DNA of 62,740 nt, filler included, from Chiloscyllium plagiosum (Eukaryota), in assembly GCF_004010195.1 (NCBI RefSeq). It is 3 parts of one record of this genome, joined end to end, with 100 filler letters (N's around TTAATTAATTAA, not from the genome) between each part and the next. Parts side by side here need not be neighbours in the genome. Positions count along the whole stretch, not along the records: positions 1 to 19,260 come from NC_057717.1; 2 more parts are not named here. One strand, written 5' to 3'. A program made the translations under genes and the position numbers. This document shows positions 1-11,273 of this stretch, in pieces (the stretch's first letter is position 1; each line of letters starts with the position of its first letter). The notes beneath the pieces are model-generated. The model was not told the origin of the DNA, searched no databases, and saw nothing but the letters and a program-made list of their open reading frames with translations.

Positions 1-770
1 GACTATCAATGATGCAAATATCTCAGCAAGAGGTTCAGCAATCACTTCCCTAGCTTCCCACAGAGTTCTAGGTTACTTCTGATCAGGTCGTGGAGAGTTA
101 CCCACATTTAGTGTATCAATATATCCAAAATTTCCTCCTCAGTCATGTGGACATTTTTCATCATGTCACCTACTATTTCCCCACATTCTTTTTCTTCCAT
201 GTCCTTTTCCACAGTAAACAGTGATGCAAAATACTTGTTTAGTAGTTCCCCCATCTCCTGCAGCAAAAAACAAAGGTTGACTTGCTGATCTTTGAGGGGC
301 CCTGTTCTCTCCGTAATTACCCTTTTGTCCTTAATGTATTTGTAAAGTCCCTTTGGATTCTCTTTAACGCTGTTTGCCAAAGCTATCTCATGTCCCCTTT
401 TTGCCTTCATGATTTCCCTCTTATGTATAGTCAGACTGCCTTTATACTCGAAGGATTCGGTTGACCTATCCTGTCTATACCTGACATGTGCCTCCTTATT
501 TTTCTGAACCAAACACACAATTTATTAGTCATCCAGCGTTCTCTATACCTACCAGACTTTCCTTTCAAATAAACAGGACTATACACTCTCTGGGCTCTCG
601 TTGTCTCTTTTCTGAAGGCTTCCCATTTTCTAGCCATCCTTTTATCTGCTGCCATCAACTTTTGAAAGATCTTTACTAATACCGTCGAAATCGGCCTTTC
701 TCCAAATCAGAACTTCGACTTTTAGATCTGGGTTATTCTTTTCCATCACTAATTTAAAACTAATAGAATT
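1..770 (-). mobile_element. CR1-clade LINE ORF2 fragment (region between endonuclease and RT), degenerate
   Basis: ORF 108..518 reads KAKRGHEIALANSVKENPKGLYKYIKDKRV...LNKYFASLFTVEKD, typical of CR1 ORF2; frameshifted. Confidence 0.9.
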
Positions 771-1194
771 GTTGGCAAATAGCTGAAGGTCACACATGTC
801 TGTGAGAAATTAAATTGATTGATTATATTTAAATGTGTAAGATTTATAATTCTATTTGATTGTTCAATCGTTTGCTCACTCTGAATAAGCAATCAGTCAG
901 AGGTCAACCACTTGGCAAGTGATAGAGCGACAATATATAGATTTGAATACTGACATTCAACGCGTAATTGCGATCACCAGAATAATCAGACAACATGTCA
1001 TTTTTCGGTCCAAAACAAAATGTGCATTCTTTGCTTTTGTATCATAAGAAATTGTTCGGTGTTTATGTTTTAGTCCCATCAATATAGAAGCAACTTAATT
1101 GTTTTCAGAGATGATGCACTTATTGTTCGGTTGTATAAATGTAGCTCATATCATATTCCTGACAAATTCACAAATATGGCAAACACCTGATTAT

Positions 1195-2640
1195 TATTCA
1201 GCTCAGTAAACCCATCACTTTGCAACACAACTTACATTAATAATGAATTCCCAATGGCACGAATCCAGGCACAGTGCTCCTGGATGTAATTTTTATTGTA
1301 ATTTCTGTTTGTAGATTTTATTAATGACTTGGAAGAGGGAGTCGAAGGGTGGGTCAGTAAATTTGCAGATGATACGAAGATTGGTGGAGTTGTGGATAGT
1401 GAGGAGGGCCGTTGTCGGCTGCAAAGAGACTTAGATATGATGCAGAGCTAGGCTGAGGAGTGGCAGATGGAGTTCAACCCTGCCAAGTGTGAGGTTGTCA
1501 ATTTTGGAAGAACAAATAAGAATGCGGAATACAGGGTTAAAGGTAGGGTTCTTAGTAAGGTGGAGGAGCAGAGGGACCTTGGGGTCTATGTTCATAGATC
1601 TTTGAAAGTTGCCACGCAGGTGGATAGAGCTTGTAAGAAGGCCTATGGTGTATTAGCGTTCATTAGCAGAGGGATTGAATTCAAGAGCCGTGAAGTGATG
1701 TTGCAGGGTACAACAGAGTATTACAAGGGGACATAAATTTAAGGTGAAGGCTGGAAGGTATAGGGGGGATATCAGGGGTAGATTCTTTACCCAGAGAGTG
1801 ATGGGGGCATGGAATGCGCTGCCTGTGGGAGTGGCAGAGTCAGAATCATTGGCGACCTTTAAGTGGCAATTGGATAGGTACATGGATAGGTGCTTAAGCT
1901 AGGACAAATGTTCGGTACAACATCGTGGGCCGAAGGCCCTGTTCTGTGCTGTATTGTTCTATGTTCTATGTTCTATGGACCTCACAGCTGCTTGTGGCAC
2001 TCATTGAGACAGTGGCCTGCTGCTGAATCTGTCCAGATTGTTTCCAATCTGGGTCAGGGTAGTCGTTCAAACATTCCTTCACAGGAAATAATTTGGAATC
2101 CACCTTGTGCAGAGGAAACGGACCAACAGGCTATCACTGCTCTCACTGTAGGTACAAATGTTGTCTAAATTAGGTACCAATGACTAACCAGGATTAAGTC
2201 TTACAAATTCTTCTTCATTCAGAGCCTGGCCCAGGGAGCAGATTTATGGACAAGGAGGGTAAGAATCAAACCGCACAAGTTACTTGTGGTATTAAAATCT
2301 GACATGTCCCCAAGACTGCATACACCTGCCCTCTGGACCAGATACTGACAGAAAACGTCCACAATTGACAGTCTTCTGCATCATGTTGTGTCTCCCAGTG
2401 AAACCTGTGAAACTTTATCCAATAACTGTACTTTCATATTCACCAGTATAAAAATAAAATTGTACATGTCTGTGGATGGTCAGATATTAATACATGGGTC
2501 ACCCAACAGAATCTATCTGAAGAAACCAGGAGCAAACGTCAAGCCAAAAATCACTTTAATAACTGAACTTGGTGGATTTTGTTTGGTCTAGGTAACCACA
2601 CATATTGTGCTGACACTCAGGTGTCTGTAACCATGCACAC
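1195..2640 (+). mobile_element. Ingi/Vingi-like LINE reverse-transcriptase relic, interrupted by a CR1 insertion
   Basis: Joining 1284 to 1980 gives, with frameshifts, TTYINNEF...GTVLLDLTAACGTH*DSGLLLNLSR (cf. TTxIENGF...GAVFLDLTAAYDTVWH). Downstream SVDGQILIH...YLKKPGANVKPKITLITELGG resembles the post-RT region of this clade. Confidence 0.6.
1285..1975 (+). mobile_element. 5'-truncated CR1 LINE (RT C-terminus plus 3' tail) with internal deletion
   Basis: INDLEEGVEGWVSKFADDTKIGG and EFNPAKCEV...EQRDLGVYVHRSLK; (TGTTCTA)n tail at 1955-1975; TGGA on both sides (1281-1284, 1976-1979). The paralog at ~61740 lacks the insertion. Confidence 0.92.
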
Positions 2641-2705
2641 CATAACTGGAAGTCTTCGCCTTACGCCCCACCCAGCTTCCTGACCTCACACACTTCTTTC
2701 TCTCA

Positions 2706-2790
2706 CACACCTCTTTCCATCACACACCTCATTCCCTCACGCACCTCACTCCCTCACGCACCTCACTCCCTCACGAACCTCACTTCCTCA
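2706..2790. repeat. 17-bp tandem repeat (cgcacctcactccctca) x5
   Basis: Read directly; the paralogous site at ~61005-61030 has only about 1.5 units. Confidence 0.75.
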
Positions 2791-2829
2791 TACATTCACC
2801 AACTGTTGAGAATCCACAACCTGGATGAA

Positions 2830-4370
2830 ACCTGGAACATGGAACAGTACAGCACAGTACAGGCACTTCAGCCCTCAATGCTTTGCCGGCCTTTCTTCCT
2901 ACTCTAAGATCAGACTAATCTACGTAACCTTCAATGCACTAACTTCCATGTGCCTATCCAAGAGTGTTCTTATATGTCTCTAATGTATCTGACTCTACTA
3001 CCACCGCCGGCAGAACATTCCGCCCTCACCACACTCTGTGTAAAGAATCTAACTGTGGCATCTTCCCTCAACCTCCCTCCAATCACCTTAAAATTATGCC
3101 CCTTGTTGATAACCATTTCTGCCGTGGGCAAAGACACTGGCTATCCACTCTATTTATGTCTCTCAACATCTTGTACACCTCTCTCAAGTCAACAGTCATC
3201 CTTCTTCGTCCGGGGATAAATGCCCTAGCTCCCTCAATCTTTCTTCCTAAGACATACCCTCCAGTCCTGGCAGCATCCTGGTAAATCTCCTCTGCACACT
3301 CTCTGAGGCTTCCACATCTTTCCTATAATAAGGCAACCAGAACTGAACACAATATTCCAAGTGTGGTTGAACCACAGCTTCATAGAGCTAAGCATTAAAC
3401 TCACTGTTCTTAAACTCAATCCCCCTGCTAATGAAAGCCAACACACCGTATACCTCCTTAACAACCCTATCAGGTGGATGGCAAATTTGTGGGATCTATG
3501 GACATGGACCCCAAAATCATTTTGTTCCTCCACACTGCCAAGAAGTCTGTCTTTAACCCTGTATTCCGTATGCAAATACACCTTTTTAAAATAAATCGCT
3601 TCACACGTTTTAATGTTGAAATCTATCTGCCACTTTTCAGCCCAGCTCTGCATCCTGTCAATGACCTATTGCAACCTACAACAGCCCTCCATATTATCCA
3701 TCACTCCACCAACCTTCGTGTCATCAGGAAACTTACTAACTCACCATTTCACTTCCTCATCAAAGTCATGTATAAAAATCACACAGAGCACAGGTCCCAA
3801 ACCAGATAATTGTGGAACACTACTGGTCACTGAGCTCCAGGCTGAATACTTTCAATCTGCTCCCACCCTCTGTCTTCTATGGGTGAGCCAAGTCCACATC
3901 CAGACAGCCAAATTTTCCTGTGTCTCATGCCTCCTTGCCTTCTGAATGAGGCAAGAATGGGGAACCTTATCAAACGCCTTGCTAATATTCTTATTCACCA
4001 CAGTTACTGGTCGACTTTCATCGACGTGTTTTTTCACATCTTCAAAGAATTCAACCAGGTGTGTGAGGGATGACCTGCTCCTCACAAAGTCATGCTGACT
4101 CTCTCTAATCAAACTATGATTTTCTATGAAATCGTAAATCTTGTCTCTCAGAACCGTCTCCAATCCTTTGCCCACCAATGGTGTAATACTGACTGTTCTA
4201 TCATTCCCAGGGTTATCCCGATTCCCTTTCCTGAACAAGCGAATAACATTTACCACCTTCCAATCATCTGGCACTATTCCAGTGGACAGTGAGGACGCAA
4301 AGATCATCGCCAATGCCACATCAATCACTTCCGTCACAGGCCCAGGGGATTTATTTATACTTATGTTTGT
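2830..4370 (-). mobile_element. CR1 LINE RT region and 3' end
   Basis: ORF 3852..4406 has KSPGP...IVPDDWK...NPGNDRTVSIT...SKAFDKVPH; ORF 3234..3653 has WAEKWQIDFN...EEQNDFGVHVH; tail near 2830-2860. Confidence 0.92.
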
Positions 4371-4409
4371 CCGTGAATCATGGAATGAAAGAAATGGAAT
4401 GCACAAATG

Positions 4410-4532
4410 CCTTCCTCATGAAGGGCTTATGCCCTAAATATCCTCTCCACAGATGCTGCCTGATCTGCTGTGCTTTACCAGCGCCACACTTTTCGACTCT
4501 GATCTCCAGCAACTGCAGTCCTCATTTCTCCA
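4410..4532 (+). mobile_element. Penelope-like pseudo-LTR fragment with decayed hammerhead core
   Basis: ctcatgaagggcttatgccctaaa...gatgctgcctgatctgctgtgc...gactctgatctccagc matches the pLTR at 19680-19777; mirrored at ~59130-59262. Confidence 0.75.
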
Positions 4533-4779
4533 TTACTGAGGGCTGACCCCTCTTCACACTGACAGGGAATTAACCATCAGAAACTCAGTGTATGTGGAGC
4601 TGACAGCTCTGTTCTGGAAAGTTGCACTTGATGACTGCACATTTTTTAAAAATCAAATTACAATTCAACAAATATTCACTCACTCCCGGAGTTATAATTT
4701 TGGTTCATGGTTTGGGCAGTCTGATAATAAACAGTGAATGATTGAACAACTCCGAAGTACAAAGTATTTTAGGTGTTAT

Positions 4780-6240
4780 ATTCCAGCTTACATTAATGCT
4801 GGGAGTATTATCAGACAGACTGATGTAATAAGGGAATGAGTTGACATGTGGAGGAGTGACCTCTTTGCCATCACAGAGACGTGTTTGAGGGAGGTCAGGG
4901 CAAACAATTCAACATTCTGTTCTACCAGAACTATCGGCAGGACAGGACAGGGTGTCAAAGAGGAAGTGGTGTTGCATTATTTATGAAGGAGTCAGGTATT
5001 GCTGTAAGGATTGAAGATATCTTGGAAATGTCTTCAAATGATGCTTTTTGGGTCGAGGTTCGGATCAAAACGATGGTGGAACACATTGTTGGGGATATTT
5101 TACAGACCCCCAGAAAAATGAAAGTACAGGAGGAGATATATAAGCAATTCACTGAGGTGTGTAAGAACAATAATAGAATCATTGCATTCAGGCATTTCAA
5201 TTCCCAACATTCATTGGGGCAGTGATAACTTTTTAAGAGGGAGACAGATGGCTTGATGTTTTTTTCAGAGAGCTCCTTATATTGACATGTAGAAGATGCA
5301 ACAAAGGCCGATGGAAATCTGCGTCCTCATTCTGAGGAATGTAGTCAGTCAGGTTTTCCAGGCAGGATTGTGAGACTATTTTAGGACCAGTGACCATGAC
5401 ATCATATATTTTAAGTTTGTTGAGGAAAAGGTTAAAAAAATAAAGTTTTTTGGATTGGGGAGGCACATTTTATTCAAATAAGATAGCATCTGACCAAAGT
5501 ACCGTTTCTTCTGGTTAAAACTGTACCAGAACAACTTGGGGCTGCAGCTTGGAGTCGGGGGGTGGGGAATGTCGCATACTCAAAATGTCAACCCACCAAA
5601 GATGAATATGAGAAAAACAAGCCCAGAGAACTTTGCATGTCTACAATTATTCCGAAGAAGGAAAGAAAAACGCAGATATACAGTGGGCAGGTCAATGAAG
5701 ATACTAAAGGAGCATAGAAAGTGTAGGGCTCACCTTAAGTAAGTAAGAAGAGCAAAAAGTGGCGTGGTAAAACATCAGTAGGCAAGTTTAACAAGAATCA
5801 CAGTATATTCTCTCCGTTTATTAAGAGGAAGAGGATGACAAGGGAAAGAATGGGTAGTATTAGGGACTGAGGAGGCAACCTATGAACGGAGCCACAGAAT
5901 ATGTTAGCCATGTATTTCAAGTCAGTCTCGAGAAGCAGTTAGTGGATTCAGGGAGAGTGACCATGTGATCCTTGAGCAGTTTGATCGGGAGGCTGAGGAA
6001 GAATTGGAAGTTCATGTGGGGTAGAGTGTAGGCAAATCCCTAATCTGGATGAGCTGATATCTTAGGTTAATGTGGGAGATGATGGAGGAAATGTCAGGCT
6101 ATGAAACTTTCTTTATGTTATCTTTTCCTCTAACTGCAGATGAGGTGTGAAAGGAGCAAGACAACATCTAATGTAGGTAGAAATAAGACAAGGGATTAAG
6201 ACCACCAAATTTCCCATCAGTGGGACGGAAACAATTCAAA
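4780..6240 (+). mobile_element. Old CR1 ORF2 fragment (endonuclease region)
   Basis: FAITET (frameshifted), QDRTGCQRGSGVALFMKE...FWVEVR, and an SDH-type motif (gtgaccat) near 5390; heavily decayed. Confidence 0.8.
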
Positions 6241-6249
6241 GAATCCCTC

Positions 6250-6548
6250 CAGCATGGGAACTGGCCCATCAGCACTCAAAGTCCACACTGATCCTTCAAA
6301 GAATACCCTACCCGAATCCATTATGCAACATTTACCCTTAATCTACACATCCATGAACACTGTGGGCCAATTTAGCATGGCCAATTCACCGAACCTGCAC
6401 ATGTTTGGATTGTGGAGGGAAACCGGATACCCACGCAGACACAGGCAGAATGTGCAAACTGCACAGAGACAGTCGCCCTCCACTGGAATCAAACTAGGAT
6501 CTCTGGAGCTGTGAGGCCAGAGTGCTAACCGTTGAACCACCATGCCGT
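6250..6548 (-). mobile_element. HE1-type tRNA-derived SINE
   Basis: Reverse complement has head ggcatggtggttcaacggttagcact...gatcctagtttgattcc and core ggtgaattggccatgctaaatt. Confidence 0.88.
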
Positions 6549-7034
6549 AGACAATTGTGAAGGCTGTTGAGATTGGATAATTAAATATCTTCAAGGTTGA
6601 GAGAGGCATTTTTTTAAACAAGGGTTACCGGGAAAAAGCAGGAAAGTTGAATGGAGGATTATAAGTTTCAACACAACCAAATTGAAAGGAAAAGCAGATT
6701 CAGTGAATGGATGGGCATACCGTTGCTCCAATGTCTGATGGTAGGCTTTTTCCTATATCCCTGTACTCACTGGAACATCACCATCTCTCCCTCTGGAGTG
6801 AGATCCAGTTTGGAATGCAATCGGTGGATGCAAGAAATTCACACGTGCAGTTCTAATAGACAGAGAGTTCCAGCAGAGAGCTACGACAACGTGGATTCGC
6901 TGTTTAGGTGAAAACTTTCATCGGTACAGTCACCACTACCAGAAGGAAACCCTCAGCAAGATACCCTCCAAAGCCAGGCAGTGACCTACACTGAAGCACA
7001 GGTCGTCATGGATTGGTAGCATGGCGTGCTTCAG

Positions 7035-7144
7035 GCCTACTGCCATACTAGTCTGAAAATGTCTGTTCATGAAAGGTAAGCAGACTCAGGCCTGGTTCGT
7101 ACTTGGACGGGAGACCGCCTGGGAATGTCAGGTGCAGGAGTCTT
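7035..7144 (+). rRNA. 5S rRNA pseudogene (internal deletion, no T-run terminator)
   Basis: gcctactgccatactagtctgaaaa...taagcagactcaggcctggttcgtacttggacgggagaccgcctgggaatgtcaggtgcaggagtctt aligns to vertebrate 5S. About 10 nt are missing, box A and box C have substitutions, and it ends in tctt. Confidence 0.88.
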
Positions 7145-7496
7145 GATGCCCACCCATGCATCACTGTAGTGTCGCCATCCGGCTAGAACCAGATCTATAT
7201 GCAGAGGAGTATATAGAGGCGTGATGGTAAAATTGCAGAGTAAGCAGTAAGACTTAGGCTTGAGAGGCTTCAGTGAACAACAGGTAAGCTCAGTTAACAT
7301 CTATTAACTTTCCTTTTTAGTCTGACAGTGGTTAGGACGGTAGTGCCGTCGCCTGTTCCTCCTGCTGGACGTGTGAGCTCAGAAAGACTTTCATTATCCC
7401 TGATGACTACATGCGTGTTGGAAGTGCACCCAGCTGCAACGCCTGGAAGACCCTGTTATGGAGCTGGAGTTGGAACTGGATGCACTCAGGGTCATG

Positions 7497-7727
7497 ATTA
7501 GATTAGATTACCTAAGGTGTGGAAAGAGGCCCTTCGGCCAAGAAGTCCACACCGACCCGCCGAAGCGCAACCCACCCATACCCCTACATTTACCCCTTAC
7601 CTAACACTACGGGGAATTTAGCATGGCCAATTTACATGACCGGGACTGTGGGCGGAAACCGGAGCACCCGGAAGAAACCCACGCAGACACGGGGAGAACG
7701 TGCAAACTCCACACAGTCAGTCGCCTG
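7497..7727 (-). mobile_element. HE1 SINE, 5'-truncated, nested in CR1 ORF1
   Basis: gattagattagatta tail, ccacaccgacccgccgaagcgcaacccacccatacccc, ggaaaccggagcacccggaagaaacccacgcagacac. Confidence 0.9.
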
Positions 7728-9065
7728 ATGCTGAGCGCATCGGAGATAAGAGTTTCTGTGAGGTGGTCACACCTAAGGTGCAGGCAGAGAGTTGTGGATG
7801 GCCATCAGGAAAGGCAAAGAGTGTAGGTTCGCCTGTGTCCATTCCCCTCGAAAACAGATATACCAATTTGGATTGTGTTGGAGGTATGACTGTTCGGGGA
7901 AAGCAGCAGTAGTCAGGTTGGTGGCACTACAACTGGCTCTGGGGCACAGCGGGAAATGGTAAAGATAAAGAGGGCTTTAGTGGTGGGAGACTCGATAGTT
8001 AGGGGTTGAGGGCAGGCAGGAGATTCTGTGGCCGAAAATGGGAACGCAGGAGAGTGTGTAACATCCCAGGTGTCAGGATCCAGGATATCACAGACGTGTG
8101 CAGAAATATTTCATGGGGGAGGGGAACAGCACGTTGGCGGAAATGACCTAGGTAGAAATAGGGTTGAAGTCCTGCGGGTGTGATTATAGAGAGCGAGGAA
8201 AAACGTTAAACGCCAGAACTTGTTGGTGACAATCTCTGGATGATTTTCAGTGCCACGTGCTAGTGAGGGTAAGAACAGCAGTATACAGCAGATGAATGTG
8301 TAGCTAAAAAATTGTGAGGCAGGAATTCAGATTTTTGGATTGTTAGGATCTTTCCTGATGGAGAGATGACCTGTTCAAGATGGCTCGGTTGCATCTGAAC
8401 TGGAGTGGGACCAATATCCTGGCAGGCAGGTTTGCTCGTGCTCCAATGGAGGGTACCAACGAGATTGGCACAGGTTGGTATCCTCAAGAGCAGGGAGGCA
8501 AGTGCGAGGCTGAAAAGAGATACAGTAATCAGAAACAGTAAAGTGAAGAGGCAGGTCAGGCTGGAACACGACAGGGTGCAAGGAATGCCTGTTGGATTAA
8601 ATTGTATTTATTTCACGACAAAAGGGTTGACAAGTAAGGCCAATAAACTCAGGGCGTGGATAGGTACGTGGGACTGGGATATCATAGCCATTACAGAAAC
8701 ATGGCTAATGGAGGGGCAGGACTGGCAGCTTAACATGCAAGGGTGCAGGTGTTGAGGCTGGACAGCGGTGGTGGAAGGAGGGGAGGGGGAGTTGCATTTT
8801 TGATTAAGGCGAGTATCGCAGCAATAATCAGAGATAAAATAACTGAAAGATCATCCAGTCAGGCTTTGTGGGAGGAGCTAAGAAATAATAAGGGATGGGG
8901 ATATTATTTGGGTTGTACTATAGGCCCCTTAAAGGAATAAAAATGTTGGGCAAGTGGGGAGGCTTGCAGGTGCAAACGGATTGTCATAATAGGCGATCTT
9001 AATTTTCTTAACATAGACTGGGACTGCCAGAGGGATAAGGGCTTTGATGTGGAGAATCGGTTAAG

Positions 9066-9328
9066 TGGGCGGCACAGTGGTTAGCACTGCTGCCTCAAGG
9101 CAGCGGAGACCTGGGTTCGATTCCAGCCTCAGGCGACCCTCCGTTTGCACATTCTCCTCGTGTCTGCGTGGGTTTCCTCCCACAATCCAAAAATGTGCAT
9201 ATTAGGTGAATTGGCCATGTAGTGTTAGGTATAGGCGAATGGGTCTGGGTGGGTTGCGCTTCGGCGGGTCGGTGTGAACTTGTTGGGCTGAAGGGTCTGT
9301 TTCCACACTGTAAGTAATCTAAAAAAAA
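9066..9328 (+). mobile_element. HE1 SINE with short target duplication (aagtg)
   Basis: gggcggcacagtggttagcactgctgcctca...gggttcgattcc head; ends ccacactgtaagtaatctaaaaaaaa; aagtg on both sides. Confidence 0.9.
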
Positions 9329-10154
9329 GTGCATCAGGAAAGTATCATCAAGCAGTATGGCACTAGGCGGAAAGGGCAAAACCTGACCTACTCTTGTGAA
9401 ATAGGGCAGGACAGGAGACAGTGGGACCAGTGACAACAGTTCTCTTAAATTTAAATTAGTTATGAAGAAGGACAAAACTGGTCCACAGATTCAACTTCTA
9501 AAGTGGAGTAAGGTGAATTTTAATGGAATTAAACAGGACCCTGCAAGGGTTGATTGGATCAGTTTGTTTGCAGGTGAAGAGACCTCCGGCAAATGGGAGG
9601 ACTTTAAAAATTCGACAGCGAGAGTTCACTGTCTAGATGTATCTGCGAGAGTGAAAGGGCAGGAAAAGGGAAGCCTTGACGACAAGAGATATTGAGGTTT
9701 TGAGCAGAAAAAAAAGGCGGAGGAACGGCTCAGTGAATGGCAGCTGGGAACAAGGCAGGCCCTGGAGGGACACAGGGGATACAGGAGTTTACTGAAGAAG
9801 GAAATCAGTTGGGCCTAAAGGGAGCACGAAGCAGCTTTGGCTGAGAAGACTAGGGTGATTCCAAAGAGGTATTTTTAAAAGTATATTGAAGAAAAACAAT
9901 AACGAGGGAGATAATAGAACCCCTCAAGGACCAAAGTGGACATGTATGCATCGAACTGCAAGCGATGGGCGAGGTCTTCAATGGATATTTCTCCTCTGTG
10001 TTTGCCATGAAGAAAGACATAAAAGCTTGGGGACGTTAGTGGTCATATCTGGGGAACAGTCCATATCACAGTAGAGGTGCTGTTGCACCTATTAGAATGT
10101 ATGAAGGTGGATATTTCTCCTAGTCCTTATCAGTTATATCCAGGGACGCATCAG

Positions 10155-11273
10155 ATATACCCCTCCACATTGAACAACATTTGGTGGAAGCGCTGAGAGA
10201 GTGTCAAAGCTGAAGAATATATATTGGGTGGACATTATGAATATCCTCTGTATCACCATGCTAAACAGGAAAACTTTAGTAACTCAGTACTGGGCTGTGG
10301 TACGTGAATCATAAAAATCATAAAGTCCTTACAATGTGGAAACATGCACTTCGGCCCAACAAGTCCACACCAAACCTCCAAAGAGTATCCTATGCAGATA
10401 CACCCCAACATTACCAACAGCAGTAGAATTGTATTCCAGCACAATTTTCACTGTCACTGTTGCTATATGCTCCACTTTGCCCTGACCATCGTGCCAGGGG
10501 ATAACCCTTGTTCAATGGAGAATGCAGAAGGGCCTCCCATGAGCAGCACCAACTACACCTCAAAATGAGGTGAGCTAACCAAATTGGGCCACTTACTCAC
10601 CAGATAGCGAAAGATTCAAATGACAGACTGATCTCACCAACAAATCAGATCTAATCTCTGCAATCCTGTCAAATGCAGTCAGGGTGAAAAGCCGTGGTCA
10701 ATCGAACAACTCACTGGAGGGGGAGTATCCACAAATACTAACTTCCTCAATGATGGAAGAGCCCAGCACAACAATTGAAATGTTAAGGTTGAAACATTCA
10801 CAGCAGCGTTCAAACAGAAGTATCGAAGGGATGATCCATTTTCGTCTCCTCCAGATGGCAGTCTTAAGCGAATCCAAAACATTTCATGTGGTATCTGCAA
10901 GTGGCTGGCGAGATTGGAGATTGCAACAGCTGTGGGCCCTTCTAACATTCCATTCAAGCTGTTCCTGCTGGGATACAGCACTGGCAGCTACCTGACAATG
11001 TGGGAAACTATCCTGTGTCCTGTACATACACAGACAAAACACCAGACAATTAATGACTGCCCCATTGCTCTAATCCCCATTATTAATAAAGTGATGGAAG
11101 ATGTCATATACAGTGGTATGAAGTCGCACGTCCTCAGCACCAAACTGCTCACTGATGCTCAGTTTGAGCTCATTGAAGCCTCGTTTTAAAAGTGGACAAC
11201 AAGAAAGCTCACAGCTGAAATCTAGAGCGGAGGCCAGAGTGACTGCAGTTAATACAATTATAACTGGATTTGA
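10155..11273 (+). mobile_element. Second LINE family (CR1/L2 group) ORF2 fragment; also older duplication left arm part 2 (pairs with ~56322-57660)
   Basis: ATAVGPSNIP/FKLF...CPVH...CPIALIPIINKVME...LLTDAQF. Shares the unusual junction taacattccattcaagctgttcct with the copy at 56643-56666. Confidence 0.85.

Larger units (their letters stand above)
530..5165. repeat. Older inverted segmental duplication, left arm part 1 (pairs with 58480-62494)
   Basis: Colinear reverse-complement match including non-CR1 sequence, e.g. 760-795 taatagaattgttggcaaatagctgaag vs 62211-62240 cttcagctatttgccaacaattgtatta, and 1976-2190 vs 61525-61740. About 80-85% identity by eye. Confidence 0.9.
7200..10150 (+). 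mobile_element. CR1 LINE 5' portion: ORF1 (Zn-finger/leucine zipper plus SGNH esterase) and ORF2 endonuclease, truncated before RT
   Basis: VACSSCWTCELR...KCTQLQRLEDPVMELELELDALR (~7350-7490); RALVVGDSIVRG (~7971-8005); LNCIYF...DIIAITETWL (ORF 8405..8755); IIGDLNFSNIDW (~8985-9020). Confidence 0.88.
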
